A DNA stretch of 64,000 nucleotides from Adineta vaga. Lineage: Eukaryota > Animalia > Rotifera. Both the position numbers and the translations under genes were made by a program. Below are positions 37,922 to 52,189 of this stretch, piece after piece. The notes beneath the pieces are model-generated. The model was not told the origin of the DNA. It searched no databases and was given only the letters and a program-made list of their open reading frames with translations. The stretch is from positions 15,686,001 through 15,750,000 of the forward strand of contig CP075495.1 of NCBI GenBank assembly GCA_021613535.1. The letters run 5' to 3'. The stretch's first letter is position 1; each line of letters starts with the position of its first letter.

Positions 37922-39627
37922 CCCAGGTGCATGAAAACGGCTACATTTACGGTATGTAGACGTTCCGTAAACGTTTTAAAAACGGTATCTTTACGGTATG
38001 ATACGGTATCAATTCGGACCGTTTTTGGTCCGTATCGAACCGTATTTTCAGGCACAGAATTACGTATCGTAATGTGTCCGTTCAGTAAACGTTCCGTATT
38101 TGGTGGTTTTCTAGGAATTATCGGATAGCAGACGGTAGTATGTTTTACACCATATTGAGGCCGTTTTTGACCGAAAATGGGCCGATTTATATCCGTTTAC
38201 ACGAATCAGTATCTGTCATCTCCACAATAACTTAATTTTAAATCATCCACCTCATTTATCAATAGCTCTTTGAGTTTGCTTCGAACTATAGTTAGACTTT
38301 ATTATCATGTTCAATATAAAAAAACAATAACAACAAAAAACAATATCCAGGACGAGTAATCCGGTTTTCAGATCCGACGGAATCCTGTTAGATTCTCATA
38401 ACTAAGCTAGATATCGTCTGCAACATGAACACTTCACTCGTCATTTTATTATATCTAATATATCAATCGCCCATAGTCTGATTGGATGACTGAGTTTTAT
38501 TCTCATGGTGTTCTTGTAATGTATCAGGAAACTATGATTTTTTTACCAACTATGGTACTCATATACGAGCTCGTATACGAGTACTGTAGCTGGTGAAAAA
38601 ACCATATTTATCTGACACATTACAAAAACACCATCGAAACAGAAATCAGTCAGCTATAGCTAGACTAATCAGCACCACTTACTTGATTCATACTTATCAA
38701 TAATCTAAGTTTTTAAAAAATTCATTTTAAAAAATCTTACTTATTTTTCAACTAATGATTATACTCTAAAAGTAAACAATAAAATTCATTCGAAAAATTC
38801 TTACTGTTCAGTTGATTATTATAAATAATCTAAAAAAGAAAAGAAAATTTATCTAAATAAAATTCTTACTTACTGTTCAATCTGATTTATTCCATCTAAA
38901 ATTGCAAAACCAAAATAAATTTTGTCAGTAAGGTGACCCACCAATATACTCACTCGTCAGTCACAAATTAGACTAGAGAATAGATCTTTCGAAATTATAT
39001 GTGAACGAGAAAAACGAACTGACATAATAAAGATGCTTCCAAAAAACATCGAAAGCTGATTACATTGAATGTCTATAGCATCTTTTATTTCGTTAGGTAT
39101 ATCTGCCTAGACGGTTGTGAATGTACAAAAATATAAAAATATAAATATAAAAAACCTTGTGATTTACTAATATGTATTGAAATTTCTATTAATTATTTAT
39201 TATTTATATATGTATATTCGAATGTTAAGTCGTGTGTTTAACTATTTATATTTGAAGTTTTGTATAGATGGCGCCATAATTTGCACAATATATTAATTAT
39301 ATTTTTGTTCTACTTCTCACTCTCCATCTATCTAGAAAATCACTTTTCATTTTATAAAAAATCATAATATTGTACAGAATGTCATATACCGGGATCTGTG
39401 GCCTTATTAAGTAGGTTTTCAGAAAAAACGGTTTAAAAACAGGGCGTAATCTGAGTTCCGTTTTCGAATAGAATTCGGTGCTCCGTAATACGGTCCGTAA
39501 ATGGTGCGAAAAATATCCGTATTTACACCGTTAACTGCGGTCGGTATACAAAAAAAATCGGAGATCCGTTTAGATGCCGTTTTTTATTGGTATACTGCCG
39601 TTTTCGGTCCGACTCGTTCGACCTGGG
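37922..39627. mobile_element. Nested TA-flanked CCCAGGT-family MITE-like element
   Basis: TA|CCCAGGT...ACCTGGG|TA with ACGG/CCGT-rich subterminal regions at both ends. Confidence 0.65.
38474..38667. repeat. Imperfect spacer-less palindrome of about 190 bp (foldback)
   Basis: Centre TATACGAG|CTCGTATA at 38569/38570; the arms pair outward through ATGGTGTT..AACACCAT and TGACTGA..TCAGTCA. Confidence 0.8.
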
Positions 39628-41213
39628 TAGATTGCATAGTTACATGTGTCTCGGTTAAAATACTTAAACGTATGATAACAACATTTATTTGCAGTTTTTT
39701 GTGTGATTTTTTTCTTATCACACTAGTTTATTCACATCTATTAAATTCTATCTTCAAAGAGTTTTTTCTATTATACAGGTGTCTATATTTATAGAGAGAG
39801 AAACAGTGATAGAAAGATAGATACATAGTACTCGCCTTACGCTATCAAATGACGAAAAAACAATCGAATCGTCTGAGATCCGAATTATCCTAACGAGAAA
39901 ATTTCCAGCAAATTTGTAATGATATTCAGAAATAGAAAAAAGTTAAAGCATGGTTTACGAGGGCAATGTGCATAACCTTAATGCGGTATAGATGTCTTAT
40001 AACAGTTTCTAGTATTTTTGTTCACGATCTTTCATATTAATTTAAAAAAACTACTGCACAAAAAGAGTTAAAGCATATGCAGTATTTTTGATATTATTAG
40101 ACTGAAATAGTTCAACTTCATCAGATAATCTAAATATATGACTCAAAACTAAAACTGAATCAAGACTTTTGATCATCACTATTTGAATAAAAACATACGG
40201 TTCTAAAAAAAGTCATTTTTTTCTTTTTGTAGAAAAATAACGAATAAATATTTAACAGATTTGGTGCAATTAGTGACCAAAGAAATATTTCCACATTGGA
40301 GATAAAAATAATAAATTAGATTATTTTCACAGATATTCTGAGAAAAATATTAGTGCGGTACAAAAATAAAAGAAATATTCCTCGCGGGACAATTCAATAT
40401 AAATTTTATCCCGTCCCGTCCCGCCGGTCTCTGATATGAAATGTCCGAATCCGAAATAATCGAAGAAGTGTTTTTCAGAAGAGTTCTCTAAAAAGAAATA
40501 TCACAGTCATTAACTTCATTCGAATTAAATTAGAAATAATATGAATCTACAAACTCTTTTTTTTCTCAATTCTATGTTTGAGAATAAAGAAAGAGAGCAA
40601 TGGCAGATTCAAGAAATATAGGACATGAAATATTACTGAGGTACATTATCATAAATTACTTGTTAAAAAGAAAACGTTTTTTTATGTTAAATTCTATGGA
40701 ATTATATCATTTGAAAATTATATAAATAAATAACGACAAGGTGATTTTCACAGTTCAATTAGTATTCACCATATGCTCTCGTTAACACTGTTCTATATTT
40801 CTGAGTACATTCATCTATAAGTTTCTTGTTTTTCTTTTTTGATGGAATAAGAATTAACGATGTAGAACTTCCTGAAAAATTGTCGCCCTGTTTCTCATCA
40901 ATTAGAACATTTATTTAGAAAATTCTAAAATATCTCTTTGAAATAATATTTCAAAGCCATGTTTTCTAAACAGTTTTCTTTTTCAAATAATAATCATTTC
41001 GAGTGGAAAAAAAACTTTTACGATTAAAAGATTAAAATTAATGAGATGTGATATCATATGACTAGAAAATTGCATAGACAAATAAAGAAAAAGTAATATT
41101 CATGAATGAGATAGTAGTTAGTACTATATTATAGGGTTAATTAGTTTTGCACATTTTTAGTTGATTTATTCTATAAAAGTTGAATAAAATTAAAAAATGA
41201 TCCCTTATTAATC

Positions 41214-42257
41214 TTAGTCCAAACATTGATACCGTACGCCATCCGGAATAAAATTCCAAACATTTTCTATTATTTTATCACTAATCCAAGTTGGTAATAA
41301 ATATAAAGCGAAAAAGATTAATTTTCCTTGCCAACCTGGTCGATAATGAATTGAAGGTTTAATATTCACAATGGCATGCTCAATTGCTCGTACTACAGTT
41401 AATGGATTATCTGCATTGGTCATAAATGGACTACGAAGTGCTTTTGTTATATTCTTTTCTAAATAATTAATTCCCCAACGTTGTTGAACATCAATTGAAA
41501 GTTCATTCCAAACATTTCTCCATGTTTGTTCATAGTTTTCCATCATTGGTGTTTTCAAAGCACCTGGTTCAATTGTACTAACATATAAATTCCATGAAGA
41601 CATTTCACGACGAAGACAATCAGAGAAAGATTTCATTGCATATTTTGATGCTGAATAAGCTGATGTATTTGGAAAAGCAAAAAATCCCGCCGCTGAAACG
41701 ACATTAACTACACGTGAATAACGTTTTGTAATTAATAAAGGTAAAAATTTCTTTGTCATCATTACATGTCCAAAAAAATTGACATTCATTATTTGACGCA
41801 TCATATCCATCGATGTCCAATCAATACAACCATGTGTCATAATACCAGCATTGTTTACTATTGCATGTAAAGTGTTTGTTCTTTCTCGAATTAAATCATA
41901 TACATAATCAATATCTTCTTGTTTTGTTATATCTAAATGAAAGATTATTGCTCGAGGAGAAAGTTTTTCTTTTAATAAATTAACATTGTCTTGAAGAAAT
42001 ACACCAGCAAGAACATGAAAACCTTTTTTATCAAGTTCAATTGCTAATAGATGACCAACACCTGTATCACAACCACTAATAAGAACAAATTTATTTTGTG
42101 GATCAATGTTTCGTGAATGAAATATATATTGATATAAACGATAAATAGAATAAAATGTAATAATTATAATAAAAATCATCTGTGTTGATTTATCACAATG
42201 AAAATGAAATGATGAATCATATTTATCAACATCTGAATGTGGTCCGATAGATAACAT
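41214..42257 (-). CDS. Short-chain dehydrogenase/reductase, RDH/HSD17B6/BDH1-like (SDR9C)
   Basis: VLISGCDTGVG, VNNAG, NFFG, YSASK catalytic motif, IEPG; start ATG at 42257 or 42179. Confidence 0.9.
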   Translation of the reverse strand: MLSIGPHSDVDKYDSSFHFHCDKSTQMIFIIIITFYSIYRLYQYIFHSRNIDPQNKFVLISGCDTGVGHLLAIELDKKGFHVLAGVFLQDNVNLLKEKLSPRAIIFHLDITKQEDIDYVYDLIRERTNTLHAIVNNAGIMTHGCIDWTSMDMMRQIMNVNFFGHVMMTKKFLPLLITKRYSRVVNVVSAAGFFAFPNTSAYSASKYAMKSFSDCLRREMSSWNLYVSTIEPGALKTPMMENYEQTWRNVWNELSIDVQQRWGINYLEKNITKALRSPFMTNADNPLTVVRAIEHAIVNIKPSIHYRPGWQGKLIFFALYLLPTWISDKIIENVWNFIPDGVRYQCLD

Positions 42258-42310
42258 TTCATAAGAAGAAAACAATGAATATCATTTGATATTATAGATA
42301 AAAGAACAAA

Positions 42311-43987
42311 ATGATAATCACAATTTGTCTTTCTACATGTTTCATATGTCTTTTAATTTCATATTTATTAACAATTCATTATAGTTATAATTATTTTAAA
42401 TCTCGTCATATTCCCGGACCACCACATGAATTTTTCTTTGGTCATTTAAGACGTTTATGGTCAACAAAAAGATATTCAAAACAAATACAAGAATGGACAC
42501 ATCAATATGGTTCAATTTATGGATTATATGAAGGAACACGACCATTATATATTGTATCTGATGTTAATTTTCTTCAAGAAGTTTTTATTAAACAATTTTC
42601 ATCATTTCATTCACGTCGTGTTCTATTTCTTGCACGTATGGGTGTTGGTACACCAGAAAATCTTTTTGGTTCATCAGGTTCAACATGGAGACGTCAACGA
42701 TTGATTGTTAATCCAACATTTTCTCTTAATAAAATGAAACTTATGTTACCGATTGTTAATCAATGTATTGATATTTTAATGAATAAATTATCAATTCTTT
42801 ATGAAAATAATGAAGAATTTAATATTTATGATATGTTTAAACGTATGACAATGGATGTTATTTGTAAATTCAATTCTCTTTTTATTTATTTTCATTTGAA
42901 TGTTTTATTTTTAGGGCGTTCTGGATTTGGTATTGAAAGTGATATGCAAAATGATATTGAAAATATTTATTTAAAAAAATCCGCTGAAGTTATTGAAATC
43001 AACTATGATAAATTATTTGTTGTTCGATTAAGTAATTTAATGCCATTTCTTAAACCTTTTCTTCGAATTCTTGTCATTTTTCAATTAAAATTAATTCAAA
43101 CAATTGGAAAGAAAATTTCATTTATAAATCATTTTATAGAAGAATTAGCTCCATTTTGGATTATTAATCAAGCAAAAGAAATTATTAATTATCGAAAAGA
43201 ACATTTAAATGAACAAAAACGTAATGATTTACTTCAATTAATGATTGATGCAACAATATCAAATGACAAAGATAAAATTGTTCGTTTATTTCATATATTT
43301 TAATTGAAAAAAATTGAATAATTTTCTTTATAGGAAAATATGGATGAAGAAATTGAACAAAAGAAATTGTATTCGGATGAAATAGCTGGAAATATTCTTA
43401 TTTTTATGATTGCTGGTTATGAAACAACATCAACAACATTAGCTTATTGTATTTATATTCTTGCAACAAAAGCAAATATTCAAGAAAAACTTTTCAATGA
43501 AATTAATCAACATAAAAATGAATATGAAGATGATTATGATTTAATTACAAATCTGTCTTATATTGATTTATTTATTCGTGAAGTACTTCGAATTTTTCCT
43601 ATTATAATTCAATCAACATCAAGAGAATGTAATAAAACAACAACAATATGTGGACATGAAATTGAAAAAGGAAGTGTTATTCAAGCGGATATATTAACAA
43701 TTCATTTTCATTCAGATATTTGGGGTCCTGAAGATCCAAATGAATTTATTCCTGAACGACATTTAACAAAACGTCATCCAGTATCATGGATGGCTTTTGG
43801 TATTGGTCCAAGAAATTGTATTGGAATGCGTTTTGCAATTATGGAATTGAAAATTTGTTTAACACGTCTTTTAAATCAATATGAAATTCTACCAGGAGAT
43901 AAATTAGAAGAACATTTTAAACTAACTGAATTAACTGTTATTAATCCTGAAGCAATTTTTATTAAATTAAAAAAACGAATTTATTAA
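42311..43987 (+). CDS. Cytochrome P450, CYP3 clan, 3 exons
   Basis: N-terminal TM + PGPP, WRRQR, AGYETT, EVLR (ExxR), PERH, heme motif FGIGPRNCIG; introns 42864-42914 and 43280-43333. Confidence 0.93.
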
Positions 43988-46351
43988 ATTAATAAAGAGA
44001 ATAAATTAAAATTTTCCAAGCATTTTAGATGAAAAACTTGTTATGTATTGAAAATTCACTAAGAGACTTTTCATCCGCTAAGCGGCAAACTGAAAATAAA
44101 GGACAACGTTTCTAATCACACAATTTAGTAGGATTATAGTCAGTCAAACAAATGTTAGAAGTATCAAAACTCGTAAACTTTTTTTTGATAGATATTAGAT
44201 CATTTGGAAATTCATTTTCTTTTTATATGCAAGTATTTCATTATTAAAGTAATTTTATTTATTTAAATACAACATAGAAAGATGAAAGATATATAAATGA
44301 ATTGTATAGTCCTTGACTATTAAGAAAATCCCATTGGTTTCTACAAAAACAACGAGACAATACGACTAGACTAGAATGTTTGTAATCAATAATACTCGCA
44401 CATATTCTCGTAATGATTTGATCGTGGAATCAACAATATCATCATTATTAAATGTTGTTTCTCGTTTGTGGTATTATGACGAATATTATTATGATTGGTA
44501 TCCTGTTTAGTAGTCTGTCGAAAAATATTTTCTTTATCATTTAGAAGACACATGAATAATTCGTAGATTTGTTCTTCATAAAGACCCATTTTATGCATTA
44601 ACGTCAATTTTACTAACATTGTCTTATCTAGAAATATGAAATGATATTTGATATTCTAGAAAAATTCATTTTGTTTTAACACTCTTGCCTGAGGGAACAC
44701 TATGATATTTGTGAAGAAAAGAATCAATACGTAATGCTGTAGTTAAACTATGTTCGAATTTCTCTTCCCGAGAAACACTAGAAAGAAAAATCGATTAACA
44801 TCTATCATATTCACCACTTGAGAATGATAAATTCTCTAGAATAAACAATGATTAATATTTTTTCACATCTTTTCAAATCTTCTTCTCTTACCTCGATTGG
44901 ATCCTTGACGATGTTGTCACTAAACATTCAAAGAATATCCCAGGACGATGGTTTCTGGAAGCAGGATTCCGCTTATTTCCGATGAAAACTTACAGAATAT
45001 TTATGTTTTCCGCGTTGGATACCATCGATAGTAAATCATCTTTATGGATAATATTTCATCATAAATATCTGATTTATTCAACAAAAAAATCCAATACAGT
45101 AAAAAAACTTCGTTACTAAAGTTTGATTTGTGTTTGATGGATCGTTTTCTAATTCTTATTCATATTTCTTTGTGAATGGTATCAGTAAATGTGCAAAATT
45201 ATCGTTCAATATTTTTGTACTTATTTGTTTTACAAATATAAAATAAATCTAAAACATTACTTCAGAATAATAATTTCTTGTTGCATTTCTTTTAATATGT
45301 AATCTTGTTAGGTAATTTGACATTTCATTTCTTTCATATCATGCTAAACAACAAGCGATGAATTAAAAAAAATAGATTAATATCTCACAGAACAAGATTC
45401 AATATTATTAAAAGTAGTGTCGACCATTTTTTCACAACAATGTTCAATACGAGATAAACAACTTGGAGGAATATCCCAGGTCGAACAGTACAGCCCGGAA
45501 ACGGGAGGTTTCATGGGATTCCAAGAATTTCATAATTACTAGTACGTTTTCTCTTAAAGATCTTATGGATAATATATAGATATGCAATCTATTTATCACA
45601 GTAATTCTTATTCGAATGAATAAGTTGAAATCCAATTTAGGACTTTTCTTCATACTTTCTCTCTTTTCTTATAGATATACATGTGCAAATACGTTGTAGA
45701 AGAGAAAGTATAGAGCATGACTATTGGAATTTGTTTTGAAATTAATTCTTAACGAAAGAAGTGTTGATAATATAGACTGACTACTTAGTACTTTCCTCAC
45801 ATTGACCTATTTTTCTTCACTTCTCTCTCCTGTCGATTCCGCTCTGTCTGTGCGTGATCAACAGTCGCATACATGTTCTCTCTCTTCTTCTTCTCTCGTT
45901 TCTTCTGTTTGTACTGTTGTTGTGTTCGTTCCAATAAACTTGATTTCACACACACATATACTACACACGAGCATCAACAAGAAGAAAATATAATAAAGAA
46001 AACATTTGTACGCAGTTATCGTCTCATAAAGGATATGGACACGATATTTTATCCAATTCAAAAGAAAACAAATTTCGAAATAAAAGAAAATGTTTAAAAG
46101 TATTGTTTATTCATCTTTCTCGTACTGATCACAGTACCACGTGTAGCTAAGAAATAAAAAAAGAAGACATATAATACAAAATAGAAATTGAATAGTAAGA
46201 TCTACAAAAGGAGGAATAAAATATTTGATTGATGATAAAGCTGTTAAACAACCCAAAACACCAGCAAACCAATTCAAATAATCTATGACTGATCGATTTC
46301 ATATTTTATATTTAACGTCTTTTATTTTTGAGCCAACAAACACTATAATTA

Positions 46352-46527
46352 CCCAGGTTGATCAAAACGGCACCGTATACAGTGCGTTTTCGGAACGTAA
46401 ACTGTGACAAAACGGTACCTTTACGGCAGTAAATAGGCCGTTTCGTCCTGTAATCACGGGCGTAGTTTTACGGCCTCGAAAACCGACTGTATTCTGCTTC
46501 AAAACGGACCGTATTGTTCGACATGGG
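46352..46527. mobile_element. 176-bp MITE, CCCAGGT family, TA-flanked
   Basis: TA|CCCAGGTTGATCAA...TTGTTCGACATGGG|TA; related ends at about 26575-26584, 38346, 44939, 45475 and 57408. Confidence 0.7.
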
Positions 46528-47193
46528 TAATATACACAAAGCTTGCGTATCTTTTATAATCATCATAGTATATATTGCCGACTCTTCCTCGATTCCATAT
46601 CGTACAAATTGAGCTATGCACAACAAGAACGACAGAAATCCACAAAAGACAACGCCAATACACAACCAAAAAAATGCTTCATCTTATTTTTATACGTGTA
46701 GAGTTTAGATGATTTTGAAAATATTTACGTGAAATAACTAGTGAAATAAGTCATGTATTTATATTCTACAAAATACGTCAGATCGAAACGAAATTTCTTT
46801 ACTTTTCTTTCCTATAGCCGTTAATGAACACAATCAGCTAGACGAAAATATCATGTTCATGTACTATTTTTCAATAAGAAACAAATGGAACGATTCATTT
46901 AACTGTGTAACAGCAAGCACGAATCCAATAATGAGTAGAAAAATGAATGTTTCTTTTTATTATTATTTCTTTATGTGAAATAATTTTCAGTTTACATAGA
47001 AATTTCATTAATAATCGAATTGATTTCTCATATACGAATGATGAATATAACAGAATATGTGATTCCTTCGAATAAATATTCTAAACCAGTGAGTGAGATT
47101 TATTTATTTGAATTTCTACATAATATTTAGAAAAAAAAGCATTCGAACAAAAAAATTCAAAATTCAAAACAATGTTTAAAGAGAAGATCAGAT

Positions 47194-49275
47194 TCAAAAA
47201 AGACCTTTTTTCGTTGATTTTCTAAAAAGAAAAAATAATAAAAATTAAAAAAGAAAGAAAAAAAACAAATGAAATTTACGAATGAGAAGAATTTTGATCA
47301 TGAAATCCTTGTTTATTGAAATTTTCTTCCCATTGACGTCGATTTCGTTCAAATTCTTGACGTTTCTGTTCAATTTTCTGTTCTTCTTGTTGAATATTCA
47401 CTTGAAATGTTTCTTGTGTTTTTAAGAGCTAAAGAGCAACAAAAAAACGAGATTTTTTGACGTGAAAAAAGAAACTCTTTTACATTTTGTTTATTTTCTT
47501 CTAATTTATGTAATTTTTCTTCAACTTTCGTTTGATAAACATTTTCCATATCTCGTGACATTTTCTCTAATCTTGCTTCAGTTTCCATTCTTTCATCATC
47601 AAGTTGAGATAATAAATTTCTTTTCAAAAGAAAAAATAAAGATAAATGAATTGCAATGAAAAAGGAAAAGAAAGAACAAACTTATTAATTGATGATGTTT
47701 GTAAAATCTTTCCATTTTTTGATTCATTTCCATGAAAAGAACTTAATTTTTTATATCGATAATTTTCATAATGATTATTATGTGTTACATCGCGTAAATC
47801 ATTCAAATTTGTTTTAATTATCATTGATCGTAATGCAATAAAATCACTATGAGCTTCATCTTCAACTAAATATCGAAAAACAAAAAAGGAAATGTGAGAA
47901 AGAAAACGAGAATATTCTTTACCATCAACAGTTCCCCAAGCATATTGTCGAACTCTTGAACGTTTAGTTCCACGTTCTAAAACAAAATTACTTCCAACGA
48001 CAGCAAATGGAACTTTATCTTTATAAGTTTTATTTATTTTATTTTCATCATTATGATCGGGAAATTCATAAAGTTTAATTTTTTCATTTGTTATATCTTG
48101 CATAATGGATTTTTTAAATAAACGTAATTCTTCTGATGTTAATGTATCAGCTTTAGCAATAACAGGAATAATATTAACACGATCATGAAGACGTTTCATA
48201 AATTCAATATCTAATGATTGAAGACTAAAATCAAAATAATATTTCTTTGATTTTGAAAATATTTAATAATAATAATTCAAATACCTATGACCTGTTGGTG
48301 TTATAAAATAAAGACAAGCATGAATTCGATTATCAATAATATGTGCTTTTCGTACAACACGTGATTCAGCATTAAGATATTCTTCATATTTTGAATCAAT
48401 ATAATCAATAATTGGTTGCCAACTAAAATTAAAAGTTTTGAAAAGAAAAAGAGAAGTTTTTTTCTAAAACAAACCAATTTGAATTATCAACTGAATCTCC
48501 AAAACCAGGTGTATCAACAATAGTTAAACGTAATTGAACACCTTTTTCTTTTAAAATAATTGATGATGAATCAATAGTAATAGTTTTCTTTTTTCGATGA
48601 ACAGTTGATGGAAAATCTTGACCATAAAGTTCAGTTTGAAATAAAGTATTTATAAATGTTGATTTTCCTAAACCAGATTGACCAACAACCATTAAATTAA
48701 ATTCAAAACCTTTTTTCACGGCTCGTCGATGAACTTGATCAGGTAATGAAACAAAACCAACATTTGAACTGATTTCTCTTATACGTGGTGCTGTTTGTTG
48801 CTGATCTTTATTCGAAGAATTTAATTCAGATTCTCGACGTGTTGAAAGTAATTTCGATATTGATGATGATGAGGAAGGATTTAATGAAGGTAATGGACGA
48901 TAATAATCACCATTTGTTGTTGATGATGATGATAAACTTTGAAGTAAAGGAGATTGTTGAAGATCATCAATTGTTATTCGATGTGGAGAACTTTTTCGAG
49001 TTGTTAATGATGTTAATGTTGATGAAGGTGGTGGAGGTGGAGGAGGAATGGGAGGAGGACTATCAAGGGTTGAAGTTTCACTTTTTGATCCAATAGAATT
49101 CGATGTTGATCGAAGATATTGATCATTACGACGCTAAAATGAAAGATAAATAAAAATATTTTAGAAAATAAAAGAAAAATTCTACTTTTGATTTCCAATC
49201 AAAGTATTTTTCCAGATTTTCTCTTAATAAAACTGAATCAGATAGAATATTCTTCTCATGTCCACCAATAAACAT
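47194..49275 (-). CDS. Septin-7/peanut-like septin, multi-exon
   Basis: [41 protein letters not shown] (P-loop), DTPGFGD, AKAD, PFAVVGS, RQYAWG, HYENYR, coiled coil, C-terminus KKGLF*. Confidence 0.92.
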
Positions 49276-50362
49276 ATCTTTGAGATTTTTTATTCAAAAA
49301 AAAAACGAACATTTTCTTTCTGATCTTATCTTTTCTCTTTTTTTTGCGATAAAACTATTCATGGAATGTCAAATGATTTACGTGATTACAACTCATTTTT
49401 TTTTCTTCTTAATGAAAATCAAAAGAAAAAAAAAGCTTTAATAGAATCATTTTTGATTTGATCGTTTCGGTTCAAAGACAAAATGAACAACTGTTTGATC
49501 GATCAATCAGTTTCAACAAAACTCATTTGTTTTTTTCTTCTTCTTAAACTGAACTTTAACATAAAATCATTTATAATATTGAGAAAAGATCAATGAATAG
49601 TTTTGATGATGTAATTCGTATTTTCTTGAGAATGAAAAGATTAAAAATGTGAAAAGACTCTATACTTATTTGAAAGATCGAATAAGAGAAATTTCTACAA
49701 GAAAATATTTTTCATTAAAAAAACTAAAGATTTGAAATTTATCGAATGTTTTTTTATGTAAATAAAAAGAAAAATGAATAATAAATTTCGAAAATAAATA
49801 AAATTCATTTCCATAAGAATACCTGTTGTCGTATTGTAGTCATTTTTGTTTGTGGTATACGTAACGCCATGAATGATGTTCAACAAGAAATGTCTCACCT
49901 AGAGAAATGTCAAGAAGAAAAAGAGACACACTTTCTTCTTCTTCTTCTTCTTTTTCTTCTTTTCTTTTTCTTCTTCTCTTTACAATTCTTTTATAAAATA
50001 GTAACGATAGTCCGTGATGTAATTTCGATGTCTATGAAGGTTATCACAATCGTCAAAAAGAAAAAAACCAAATCGAATTTGATACACTTTACAAAAATCA
50101 ATCGATTACAAGAAGGTTAAACGAAATCGATTCAGACTTATCAATAAACAACCAATGAGGATCATCTCTTTCTCTCTCTCTCTTTTTACACATTTTTATT
50201 GATTTATTCTTCTCACTACTATTTTATTTTCAATACACGTTTAGAACAAAATACCATCATGCATCAATAAAAAAAAGAAATATATCGATACATCTATTTG
50301 CTATTGACATATGTGACAACTCATTTAACATTTCTTTCTTTTCATTTCGAATTCCAACTTAC

Positions 50363-50611
50363 ATATTTATTATTCATATTTGTTTGCTGATCAGATAAAA
50401 TATGATTGATTTGTTTAAGAGTTGAAAGTGGATGTGTAAAATCTGATTTGATTAAATTTTGATATTTATTCATAACTGTTGATTGATAACGAGATGTTGA
50501 TGTGGAAAATGATGATGAACTAAGTGGATTTGTTATAATAAAATTGTTTTTTTCATTTAAATCTTGAGAATAAGTTTTTGATGATGAATCAGACGTTAAA
50601 ATTGATGACAT
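50363..50611 (-). CDS. Probable alternative first coding exon of the septin
   Basis: ATG-initiated 83-codon frame ending phase 0 at GTAAGT, compatible with the phase-0 acceptor at 49135-49134. Confidence 0.55.
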
Positions 50612-52189
50612 GACCTAAATAAAAAAACAAAATGATATATGAGCTTTGTTCCGTTCGTTCGTTTTTTCTTCTTCTTGTTCTATGTCGATGTCTCTAGTGA
50701 ACAGTGAATGAGAAGATTACTCGGCATTGCGTCTTCTCGTTTCTCCGATTATATAACATCTATTCATATTTTATCATCAATAGAATATTTATTAAATTAG
50801 ATACAAAACTTTCTCTCTCGTTTTCTTTACAAATAGACAATGTGTCAAGGTCAATAAATACTTAAATTATCTTTATTTATTACAAAATATCTCGATTCAT
50901 TTATTCAATATAGACGAGATTGACTTCCTGTATGTTTTATTCGATTGATCAATTCTTATATTAAAATTATTCATTGAGAAAAATAAAGAGTATAGATACA
51001 TTTCGACTTACTTAAACTTCTCTTTTTTTGGATTAAAAAGAAAGCGCAACGTTCTTCTGTTTATTTGCTTAAAGCATTGTTTAAATAATTGATCTGCAGA
51101 TGAATACAGTTGGTCATCATTTCTTTAGAAAGAATAAGAAGTCTATTTGATATAAGTAAGAGCACCTTAAGAAAGAAAGAAAGAAAGAAAGAAAGAGAGT
51201 TAACGAGATTCACTCATTGATATTAGTGAATATAATGATAGTCTGTACCTCTCCCTTTCTTTTGTATATATTTGATAGACATATAAACGCTCCCTTACAA
51301 CAAGAAAAAACTAACAGCAGAGGTCAAATAACAGCTGGATTTATAATTGATAACAAAATCTATTCAATGATAATCAATTTTTTCTCATTGAATAAAAAGA
51401 TATGATGTGATATCTTAAATGATAAATAAGAGAAAAAAAGACATGCTGAATAAAGAAAAATTTTTATTGTTTAACTGTTTTTTAATGCGTAGAGAGAAAG
51501 AGATGAAAGAAAACATATTTAATAAATAACTGTCACGATGAATTAGAATTCTGTGATGAGAGATAAAATTTATCTTTTTCTTCTCTATACTAACAAGTCA
51601 AAATAACGATGTACACTGCACACTTCTTCAACAAGAAAATATCTTTGTCATTCCAAATAATGAACATAACTATACTATGTACTTTTTCAGGATTTCTAAT
51701 CTGTATTACAACTCAAATTATCTTGATAAAAGCTACGAAAAAACTTTTTGTTTTACTACAGATTTCTAGAGATAAACTTGCTCTATAAAATATACAAATT
51801 TTTTCCTAATTTCTAGAAACATTCATTCGAAGGAGCACAAAACAGTGATTCTATTTGACTATTTTTCATTCTTTTGATCAAGTTATATATGAATAAAAAT
51901 CTATTAAATATTAATTACACAGCTTATTAGAATAAAACTAAAAATTACTGTAAAAAAGTGCATGTTACAGTCACATTTATAACTTCTTTGTTTCTTAAGT
52001 TATAGATTAGCAAGTTTTTTGCAATAACTACATCAATATATTCTCTTTAAAATGACTGATAAAACATACTTTACGTTGGAAATTATCAAGCACGTTTATC
52101 AACGTAAATCAATCATTAAGAGGATAAAACATTTTCTTTTCTTTTCTTTTCATTTTTTTCAATAATTGTTACATTCTAAATTCTTTGCA

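Larger units (their letters stand above)
37516..40433. mobile_element. Non-autonomous TIR element, hAT-like ends
   Basis: Perfect 16-bp TIR CAGAGACCGGCGGGAC ... GTCCCGCCGGTCTCTG with subterminal GTCCC repeats; no clean 8-bp TSD and no transposase ORF. Confidence 0.7.

Noticed and set aside
51170-51195. (AAAG)n microsatellite; also (TATTC)n near 17935 and (AAAAG)n near 62556
   Set aside because: Ordinary simple repeats.
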